Assembly (NCBI GenBank): GCA_012295275.1
Contig: CM022667.1
Span: 18,538,001 to 18,602,000, forward strand
Length of the DNA: 64,000 bases
Origin: Chrysomallon squamiferum
Lineage: Eukaryota; Animalia; Mollusca
Direction of reading: 5' to 3'
Below, piece by piece: positions 26,794-38,700 of this stretch. The notes beneath the pieces were generated by a model. It was not told the DNA's origin, did no database searches, and saw only the letters and a program-made list of their open reading frames with translations. Each line of letters starts with the position of its first letter. Positions within the stretch are counted from its first letter, which is position 1. Both the position numbers and the translations under genes were made by a program.

Positions 26794-29700
26794 ATGAAAA
26801 ATGAAAAATGAAATAAACATATAAATAAAATTCAAAATAACAAAATATAGTTCAATTTTACTGATACCGAATAGTAATCTGCAAATATTTATTTTTCTAC
26901 ACTGTTTGGAAATATGACAGAATTATATATTATTCTGCAGAATTTATTAATATATACAATGTACTACTAACCCTGATATTGTTTGGAATGTCATGCAGAT
27001 CCTTCTCATTACGACAAGGAATTATAATTCTGAAGATTCCAGTTCGATGAGCAGCCAGCACTTTCTCCTTTACACCACCAACCTAAAAATACACACACAG
27101 GTTGTCTCTAGTTTATTTTAACTATAATAATGGCTGTGTTAATAAATGCGCGCACACACACACAACACACACACACATAAACAGATACATGCGCAATTCA
27201 TATATTTTCTTTATCTTTACTTTTATTTAATTACAGTACTACCTTGACTTACGAGTTTAATTTGTTCCGTGACTGAGATCGTATGTAAATCTGCTCATAC
27301 ATCAAATCAATGTCCCAACTGAAATTAAATCATACTGTCTTTCTTTTTTTTGTAATGCGTTTTTAAATAAGAAAAATGTATTTATAAATGACAAACATTG
27401 TTAAAATAAAACAAAAGAGAATGTGAAGAAATAAATTGGTTTTTAAAGGGTATTTATCTTGGACATCAGACAAATTATTTTAATGCCTTTGGCTGGAGTT
27501 ACAGCCTTTATTATGGTACATATCGTAGAAGTATTTTGCTCGTACTGCCTAGCCAAGTCGACTGTATGTACACCTTGCTCATGTTTTTCTATGAATTCAA
27601 GCTTTACTTCAATGGACATCATCTGCTTCTTCTTCTCAGCACTGACCTTTGCACTCATTTTCTTAGGATCCATGACAAGAAGAAATAAATTTGGCAAAAT
27701 ACTGCACAAAACCTGAACAACACAACAGAGATATTTCTGCAGCGAGGTAACCATATGAAGTAAATGAATGAGATGTGGTGGCATATCTGAAGCTCACTTG
27801 TAACTCGATTTTGGCTTGCAACTCAAAGCCAAAAATTACCAGGTGCCTGCTTGTAACCCGGAAAACTCGTAAGTTGGGGCACTCTTAAGTCAAGGTACCA
27901 CTGTATTTACACGTCAGCTTTTGCCAAAATTCTAAATCAAAATGAACAAGTGCAGGCAGCCTTTTTATTCTTGTTATTTAATTTCGTTCATGTGAGCACA
28001 GTGCTGGAGATAAATAAAGTTTTAAAATAAATTTCTCAAATTATTGTAACCATTTATATATTTATTTATCGGCTTGTACTTTTAAATATATAGAAAATGG
28101 AGATTAAAAAGAATGAAAAATAATCTGATGTTTTTATGTGAATATTATTGCATATTACTACAGTGAAATAAATTAATAATTCACATTAAAAGAATATTTC
28201 AAACATAAAATAGTTTGATATCGGTATGTATATATTAAAATATAATCACACCCAATTAATTTCCTTTTTTTATTCAACAAAATTATGTTAAAATAATAAT
28301 AATAATATTTAAAAAATAATAAATAAATAAATACATTTTATATATTACACATAAATGTAAAATGGATGTGCTTAACAGAAAACTCACAGGCAAAACAAGA
28401 CCTCTTAGAGTGATCTCCCCTGTCATAGCAGTATCAGAACGCACACATTTATCTCTAAACAAAGACACTAACACTGTTGCTATGGTTACCCCTGCAGAAG
28501 GGCCATCTTTACCAACTGCTCCTGCAGGGAAGTGAATGTGTAGATCTGTACTGTCCAGCAAGTCTGCTGTCTGATTTAGATTCAGCTGAAATAAAATCTG
28601 GTTAAATGAACAAGATTACTCATATCATAAAAAAACAAAAAAAAAAACAAATGAAGCTAAAGTCTGGAAAGATTTGTTAAAGATAATGAGCTATAATTAG
28701 ATAAGAATAAATTGTCCTGTTCACTCCAACTAAATGGAAATGAAGCATTACAGCTTATGTTGAAAACATTAAATCATGTAAGTTACAATTCTAAAATTTA
28801 TCTAAATAATGAAAATGGTAATGTACCATTCTGGTCAAAACTAACAGACTAAAAACTTATTTTCATTTTCTAAACCCTTTTACCATATATCAGACTTGCT
28901 GATTCAGTGATTAAACTATTTGAAAAAAGAAATTACTGTTAAGACACTCACCTTCTTGGAGTTAGTTCGGACCCAGTTAAGTGCCAGATTAGCAGACTCC
29001 TTCATCACATCTCCTAGCTGTCCTGTCAGAGTTAACTTTCCCTCACCCTCCATTTTGGTTGCTTCAACAAACATAATTTCACCACCCACTGCAGTCCAGG
29101 CCAGCCCAATTGCTACTCCTGGCTGACTCAACCTCTGCTTAACTTCCTGCTCATACATGGCTGGCTGTGTGAAAAGTTTTTTTAATTTTTTTAAAATAGA
29201 CCTATATAGTTTTTAACTCATAGTTTTCTGGAACTTAAAAAAAATAAAATACATATAAGAATTCAAGAAGTATATTTCTGACAACATGAAAAATATTTTT
29301 CATACTGTAAGAAGAAAAACATCAGCATTTATTAGAATTATATAAAGTAAAATGTTATTTACAAAATTAAAATTATTTCCCAAATACTAATTTAGTTTTC
29401 TTTACCAAATAATGAAATTACAGAATTGTATATTTTGCTTTGGCCTTTAAATTAGTATGCTTTACTTATAAAATATAATGTTATTAAATCAAAAGACTTC
29501 TTAATTCTATTGTGACATTCTCAATCAAAACATAAAAATATGACGTTCTTCAGACAAAGTAGAATCAGCAATAAAAATCATCAACATAATTTGATGAGAT
29601 AGGTTTGCTATTGTTGTCACAAAATATCTTTATAAAACAACAAAAAAATTGTAAAAGCTAAAGAAATCACCCCAAGAATATCTTCCACGGCTGCTTCATC

Positions 29701-32700
29701 AATAACAATTGGCATCTCTGGTGGGTGTGCCATTGCTGAAGCATCATGGGTTGTGTTATCACTTGTACTTATCACTTCCTTCTGTGTGGATTCAGTCTTT
29801 TCTGCCTTTGCTGCTGTAGCTCCCTCAGCAACATGAACAGCCACAGCCCGACAGATAGCAGCAAAATGTCTTTCTAGAGTCCTCACACCAGCTTCTCTTG
29901 TGTATTTTGAAACTAAACAGAGAAACATTTATTGCAGAACAATTATCTCTAGGTACTTTTATATTAAGTTTTTAAAATGTCATTTAGATACTTTGACATG
30001 TTTTATTTATAATTCTGTATTTGTTATTTTGCTGCTAAAATGAAAAGGTTATAAGAAATTTTCCAGGTTCATTTTGACTGTGTGAAATGTTTTTCCTTCC
30101 TATCTTAACCATGGCCATCAGTTTTGATATCCTTTTTACAAATATCTTTTTAGCTTAATGAAGCACTGCAACTTACATATAAAATAAAAATGACAATAAC
30201 CGAGAAAAAGGCATAACATTAACACTCCTATTTTGACAATTTATTATTTGCACTAGCAGCAAAACAAAACATCAATAATAAAATAATTTTAAAATTAAAA
30301 ATTAAAAAAATTAAAAGATATTTATAGTAAAGCACTGCAACTTAAATATAAAATAAAAATAACAATAACCAAGAAAAAGGCATAACATTAACACTGTTAT
30401 TTTGACAAGCCACAGTGACTTTAGACAATAAATCATTTGGTTTTGTACATTCTTTCATTTTGCTATATATAAATGGTTAAATTGTCTTTTTTTAAAAACA
30501 AACAAAGCCAGATATGATACCATTTTTCTGTAATATCCCATTAAAACATGCTTAATTAATTAACCTATTAATTTGATGGTTTCCTCAGGTATCTGAAGCT
30601 GTTCCAGAGACAACCCATGTTCTCTAAACTGTTTAGGAATAAGATGTCTCAGTCCAATGTTTATTTTTTCCTCCTGTGAGTAGCCAGGAATCTGGATCAC
30701 TTCCATTCTGTCAAGTAATGCTGGTGGAATTGTGGACATGTTGTTAGCAGTAGCAATAAAAAGAACTTGAGACAGATCAAATGGAACATTAAGATAGCTG
30801 ATATAAATCAGGAATTTTAACAAAAACTATAAGGTAAATTTATATATTAAAGACATTTTTTAAAAGATATCTATTTATGCAATACAATATAACAGGTACG
30901 TAACTGAATGCAGAGAAATAATGTAAAAGCTCATTTACACTCACAGGCAAAACACTCCATGTACAAACTCACATACATGCACACACACACATTTGGTTAG
31001 TTATAAGGATACTGATCAACAAAATTATGGTTTTGTTCTGGATCAAGAACTTCAAGAAGAGCAGCAGCTGGATCACCATGTACACTTTTACTCTGAAATA
31101 AACAACTCTTATTTCTATAAAGGCACTCACTGTATTCCTTTTTATTTACAGTCTTTACAATCAGCTAATTTGAATTTACAGTTTACAACTATAAAAAAAA
31201 GTTCAACTTTCCATGTAATCTCTTATTTAAAATTCCGAAAGTCAAACCATTTTTATCAAGTAATAAATAAATAAGCTTATTTTCTTGTATTTAGTTCATA
31301 AAATATAAATAAATTCTGTATAATATATAGCAAACTTTTAAACAAGAAATAAATTCCACTTTCTTACATGCTGTCAGAAATCCTATAGAAATACTTACTA
31401 GCTTGTCAATCTCATCCAGAAGGAACACAGGGTTGTTGACATTCACTGATTTAAGTCCCTGAATTATTCTGCCTGGCATCGAGCCAATGTAAGTTCTACG
31501 ATGACCACGAATATCTGACTGATCACACACACCACCAAGAGCAATTCTGTTAAAATAAATCTTTTAAATTTGTTTTCAAAGTTTATCACAAAGTAAATGC
31601 AATTTCAAGTAACTGTGATTTTCAGTTAATATGAATGATGGCAAATGCCTATAAATAATTCATAAATCAGTAACATTTCTCCACCCAAGAAGAAGCGATT
31701 TTATTTTATTCCAATAAAACTGTTCTGTTTACTAAGACTATTATTATTATTATTTGTTTAGTTTAATGGTTTAAAATATTAATGGAACAGTTTTTATTTA
31801 TATGCCATACTGTATCATGAATTTACAATTGGCAATAAAATTAGGCTCACAAATAATTTTATTTTTGATTCAGCTATTCACAACCACTGTGTGAATGCAA
31901 TTATTTTAATCATATTTTATTCTGTAATTTGTTTTTAATAAATTAGGCTAAGTACATTTAACTCTTAAAATAAATTGTTTATGGATAAAATTTAATAAAG
32001 ACATTTTCTAATAAGAAAATATGTAAATACCTAAAAGAATATTAATAAAATTTTTCAAATATTATTAACTGTTACCTGTGAAATTCTCGGCCTAAGGTAC
32101 TAGCAATCGATCTCCCAACACTAGTTTTGCCTACACCTGGTGGTCCAACAAAACACAGTATTGGCCCCTTGAGTGAGTTTTTCAGTTGTCGTACAGCTAG
32201 GTATTCCAAAACTCTCTTCTTCAGTTTCTCTAAACCATAGTGATCCACATCCAAATCTTTTCTGTTAGGATGAGCACAAAGAATATCAAGTTAAAAATAA
32301 TAATAACAAAATTTGAAAGTGACTTTATTCATAATCTTTACAAAGTATCTAAATTTAAAACTGTTTTTTTCAGCTAATTATTTATCTGTTAAGATTTGCT
32401 TGGTTAATATCAATTACCAGTCTAAACCAATGAAAATGATAACATATGTATTCATATGTTATGAGTTTTGTTATGAAACAAACAGACACCAAGGGATAAA
32501 ACCAAATGCTAAATGAAAACTGGTAAATAATAAATACAAACCTGGCTTGAACAATATCCAAAATGTCTTTACTACTTCTATTCCATGGAAGTTCAACCAT
32601 CAACTCCAGATAGTTTCTAAACAATATAAACAGACTTATTATTTCTAGTATAATGCTACTGTGAATATTTACTCCAACATTTTATCATTTAAAAACAACA

Positions 32701-35700
32701 TTAAATATTATCTAGCAAAAACGAATGAAGTAGGTTTGATAACAATATTTAAACCATTATATATTTATCAGTTTTAGAATTATTTGTCCTTTTAGCTCTT
32801 TTACTGAAATATTTAAACTGTATGATCACTGACAGAGATGTATGAAAAAACCTGATCATGGCATGTTCAGGCATGTGCTGAGGCATTTTTCTAAGTCGTT
32901 TTACTTCTTTCATTGCAGTCTTGTAGGCAATCTCTGGCATGTTGGCAACTCTATGAAAAATAAACATATATCAATGCCAATGTTTAGAGAATATGCATGT
33001 CCTAAAAACACTGTCTTCATCTATAATTACTTTAAGCTACAAGCATTTTCTGCAGACTAGTAATTTACCTTTCAGTTTAAACTCATTCCAGTATATCTAT
33101 ACACATTAATATAAAAAGCCTATTAAGCTTCTTACACAGTGAAACTTTTCAAAACCAGACCTTCACTAAAGCAGAATTTTCTCAAATCCTAAAAATGTCC
33201 ATGGTCTTGTGATATCAAGTAATAAAATGTAATCTGAATGATCCTCCAAAATGAATTTTAACTCTGACTTGACAAAGTTTGGTTTTGAGAAGATTCCTCT
33301 GCTGTATAAATGTTTTTACAAAATTCTGAGTCTATCCTTTCTTGTTAGTCTTCAGTATTAAATAACAAATTAGAAATAAGTACAAAAAGACATTTTCTCA
33401 CTTTATTTTTTGCTCAAGGTCAAATGATTCATCTCCATCACCATCAAGATCTTCGTCATCAAGATTAGCATTCAGTTTTCTGAAAGCTCTTCGCATTTTG
33501 TTAGATCTCACATCATCCTTTCTTGTTATTATCTCCACCGTGTCATCCTTCTTAGCTCGCTGCAGTAACTTCAGCCCCTACAGATGAATGTTTGAAGTGC
33601 AAGCTGATGTAAGGATGAATGTGTAGATGAATAGATCAAGAGATAAAGTGGATTTTCAGATAGATTAATGTGTGCTTCAATAAAGTGATAGAATGATGAA
33701 AGAGTGGATGGATGGGCAGACTGATGGATAGACATAATTGGATGTTTATTTTGCCTTACCTCAATCTGTCGCATAAGAAGAGGCAATGCTTTCTTAAATC
33801 TCTCTGTCAGGTCGACAGCATCCAGCACCTGAATCTTCTCAGTGTAAGAAGCCTTCACAATGGCCGAACAAATATCTGGTAGATGTTGGCTGGGTACATT
33901 ATTCAGCATTATCTGAAGTGATATTTCATTAATTATTAATGATTTAAATCACTCACTTATACTCCATTACTCATAAAGACAGGCAGACAAACACACAACA
34001 CACACACATACAAACTATATCATTTAAATTTTAAATTAAGAAAATATTATTTTGAGATCATTTTAGTTTTTGTTCAAATTCTGACCTTCAATTTTGCTAC
34101 AACAGGGATTGAAACATCAAGCATTTCAACAAGTTTTGCAGCTTGATCTCGGAAATTCTCTGCCAGTGAACCAAGCTCTTGATTTAAAGTTAAATCATCT
34201 GTAAAATAAAATAAATAAAAATTAAAAATGCAGTGAAAGTGTATGTTTTGACTGTAAAACCAGATTGCCATTTTATTATTATTTAGTGGTACCTGTATTC
34301 ATTCCTTTATTGATATTCAAATTTGACAACCAAATCACTGTAATTATTATTTAGCTAAATTCCTGAAGATTTGTAAAAATAACTGGGTTTTCCAAAATAT
34401 GTTTATATATACTAAGTTAAAAATATCTAATAGAGGATACCAAAAGAAAACATCAGTTTATAGATTAATCCATGTGTATGATGATGTGATATGCCTCTCA
34501 GCCAGGTAACTCAACAACTGAGTGATGACAATAATTGGTTTGTTTTCTCTAATTAGTAGTTTTTTATTAGGTTTCAGTGCTGATATTTAGGTTCATGAAC
34601 TTGTGGTCAGTGACTGACAGTTACAGCACCAGGTAGCAATTCACTGTTAGCTGTGCTGAGTTTGTAATCATCCTATACCTGCATAGCTGTATTCTGCTGA
34701 AAATGTCAGTGCTTTCAGTAAGGATTTTAACAAACCTGACAAAACATTCTGATATGATTCAAAATCATATATTTCATGGTTTATTAATTGAATTAGCTTG
34801 TACTGGACCTGACTGAAATAATAATATAGTTAATACTGGATCTTATTGAAATAATTATACAGCTAATTATACTGTTAGTCAATAGTATGGTAAATTTCAT
34901 AACACTGTTTGTACACTGAAATGTTACAATGCTTTCAGTGGAAACTTGTATTCCTATGTGCTCTGCTCCTGTAGCAGAAGTGGCAGTTGCAGTGGTGCTC
35001 AGTCAAGTGGGCTGGTCGTTCAACAAGGCTGAATTCACTATCTGTGTGGATAGGTGGCAGTGTCACAGGCAAAGAAAAGCCAGAAGTTATGTAAAGTTAG
35101 ATTGTTGTCCTGTGGTGAGCTTGTTCAAGTATGGATTCACAAGCATACAGTCCATAAAACAAAACAGTAATATTTTGTATAATTTCCCGTCTTCCTGGCT
35201 TATTGATAATGCATGGCGAGTTTGTCTGAAAAATCCACACTTAAGTTTCCAGCACAGCTGTTGGCTTTGTTTTCTATCAGACTTCTGCTTTCACTTGACA
35301 TTTGAATTTTGTACATCGGTGTGAATTTTCTCAATTTTACATCAAAGTAAAGCCAAGTCCGCTGAGAACAGAAGTAGGTCAAGTATAACCTTCTGAGGTG
35401 TCAGTATGATGGGATGAGTTGGATCAGTTGACCAATGCTACCGCATCTTGAATTGCCTCTGGCTTATCAGAGAGATGTTGACATTGGTAGGGATATGCTT
35501 TTAGGACCAACAAAGAAGTATTTTTGCAAGAAAATTCAGGTAAGTGTTGCCGCATCCTCATCCATATGTTTTGCACTGAGTGTCACATGGATGATGCAGG
35601 TAAATGTCTTTGGAAGAAATTCTGATTCCTGATGTTATGGTCTGGAAGCAGAGAGGGTTGACCCTGCATTGTTGTATTAATTTTTTTTTTAATGTTAATT

Positions 35701-38700
35701 TAGGTAGCCAAGGGTCTCTATTTTCAGAAACTGCTTGATGACATGTTGAGAAATTTGAGAAATTAAACATGGCGTCCAAGATTGCTGCCATTACATATAA
35801 ATGACCATAACTCCCTACCTGTTTATCATAGGAAGGTGATTTTTGCCTCTATACCTAGATTTAGGGTCAAGCTATCCATTAGAACTATGTATGATGTTAA
35901 TATCTTATTACATAATGGTAATTTCCAAGATGGCTCCCAAGTGGCCACCATAACACTAAAACTTATTTATTTCCTTAACTATTTACTCCAAATTAGTCGT
36001 GAAGGTGTCTATCACTGGGTATCAGATCAAAGTTCATATACTGATGATGTCATCTAGAAATCCAAGATGGCTGCTAGTTTACAAGCACTGGAATATCTTC
36101 TATACTATTCAATCTTGGGGAAAATATGAAAAGGTAAACGACCACAAATGTTCTTTAATTTTAAATCTGAATTTTCACACAGACTACCAAAAGCATATTA
36201 TACAATTCATAATTAAGGATGGCTACTGCTTCACCAAATAATTTACACTGTACATTGTGTTGCCCATGTGCATTGCAAAGACATGCAATCATCTATTATG
36301 TCAGGTTACAGCAACCCTGAATATAGCAGACTGCATAATATTGTGCAATTCATGTTTGCAGAGTTGCAACAACAAGTACATGAACTGCATGGAGCAGTAC
36401 CGTGGCATACACATTCCATTAGACTTAGTACCATCTCTGGGACTAGTTCGACTTCATCAGGGAGGGTGACTGGTTGATGGGACTTGTTTTGGTAATCCTT
36501 TACCCAACCATATTCCATTGAGTCCAACTCAGGTGGATTCTGCACTTCCAGTGACTGCCATACCAAAGCCTGATGGTGAGCTCTTCTAACATTTGCACCA
36601 CCACCAACTATTAGACACCTCAACTTGGAGAATTTTCTTCAAGGTAGATTTCAATTTCATATTCCTCATATCTCCATTATCATTAAACATGGACGTTGAA
36701 CTGGCGCATGTTCATGACCAAGCACATCTATAATGTCAATGTTCTGCCCACTAGCTTGTAGGCCAATTACCCTTGAGTAAATCAAATTGGTATCAAATAC
36801 TTTCACAGCTCTGACCTTCACATGCTTCCTTGCATGATCCATAGTAACACCCTTCTTCGTGATGGTTTCATAAAATCCCTGTGGTCATTTGTTCAGTCCC
36901 GATTGTGACAGCATTGTGGACACTGACTGCAGTTGAACCAAACTGGCCACTAACTACATTGACACTGGGGTATGCTGCAGAATCTAAAGCATTAATGCAA
37001 GTGTCAAGTTTTTGTATGATTCCATCTTGGTTTTTCTTGTCTTCAGTTATCCTGGCTTCTGCCTCTTCTTTGTGTGTTGTCACCACCTTGCTTCGAGTGT
37101 CCTCATGTCATCCAGATCAGATTCCAACCTACTGCATGCATGCAGACTAAGAGCCCATACCTTCTGCATTTCTGGCTTAAGAATGATGCCAACTATCCCC
37201 CCCAGGAGCATGCCCATACTGCATGAAGGTCGTTTCAATCATCGTATTGCTCCAGATGCCATTCCATAAGCCAGCAGAATGCTCACCCTTAATGAAGTGT
37301 GACAACACCTCTTGAGGTAGCTGTTCCATCTCACGAAGGTAGCACAACCCATATCTCGCATAGTTCACATGCCCCACAGCAGAGAAATATGGTAGCATTT
37401 GCTTGTAGGTTGCCAGATTAAGTCGCCAGTCACCTTCACACTCAGCCCGTATGAACATCATGGTGAACAGGACAGGTTTTATCAAGACATCGACCCAAAG
37501 TTTGGTAGTATGACTCTTGCTGGCTTTGGTTTCAAGAATTTGCATGAGGTCACCGTGGTATCTGGGTGTGACAGGATCATGTCTATTAAGGGAAGGAAAA
37601 CAGCCTTCATCTTTGGTTGTGCTGAATGACCCTGTCAACGTGCATCCCCAGTATTGTACCCATTGTACTCAGGACAATCTATACTTAGTTCTAATGGATA
37701 GCTTGACCTCTAAAACCTAGGTTATAGAGACAAAAATCACCTTCCTAGGGTAAATAAGTAGGGAGTTATGGTCATTTATATGTAATGGTGGCCATCTTAG
37801 ACGCCATCTTGAATTTCTCAAATGTCATCAAACAGTTTCTGAAAATAGAGACCCTTGGCTACCAAAATCAACAGTAAAAAAAACTGAATACAACAATGCA
37901 AGGTTAAGGTTATGATACAATCACATTCTGTCCAGTACATCAAGTCAATAACTATGGATTTCATTATGGTGATTGCACTGGGACAATCTTGTACTGGAAT
38001 GTCTAAATCAGGTCTAGTAGTTCTTCATGCTGTGGCAAGCAGAATTTTGCATATTGTCAGGGTACCAAAATATTTCAGAATTGTTAAGCAAATTTCTGCA
38101 TGGTAATTTAGAAAAATATTCTGACATGTTCTCCAAAATGACAAAAGGTGGATATGGCAGTCATTTATAGTTTGAAAATTATGATTCCCAATACCAGATC
38201 CAATACTAATAAGTTGATTCATATACACCATGAAAAATTTACTTCTGAATCATTTCAATAATGTTGTAACTGTGTTTTGTTATATTTCTTTATTTAATAA
38301 CACATACTCTAAATATATTAAACTTTTCTGTAGAATGCAGCTATGCAGGGTACAGCATAATTTCACACACCCATTATAGTTGAGTGAATACCCGTCTCGG
38401 TGACTCTTAGATAACTGACCGAGATGGGCCCAATAGGTTAACATTTTCTGAACTATAACAAATATTTTTGCCTTGTTCATCACCAGAGAACATGTCTAGT
38501 TGTGTTACTGAAGCAATGGGGTATGGAGTTTCCTGCAGCAAACTTTCTAGTCTAAATCTGCACAATCCTGTAGCTAACAGAGTGTATGCTGGCCTTGGCC
38601 AGTTTGTTCCAGTTATTTGAACAACAATGGCAGCTGTTCCAATTGGATGTACACTAGACATATCATCATCCTGGATAAGAAAAAAAAAAAAAAAAAAAAT

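Noticed and set aside
34478-34583. TGATGA...CTGA pairs resembling a C/D-box snoRNA
   Set aside because: They are on the strand opposite the host LONP2 transcript, with no terminal stem or recognisable rRNA guide.
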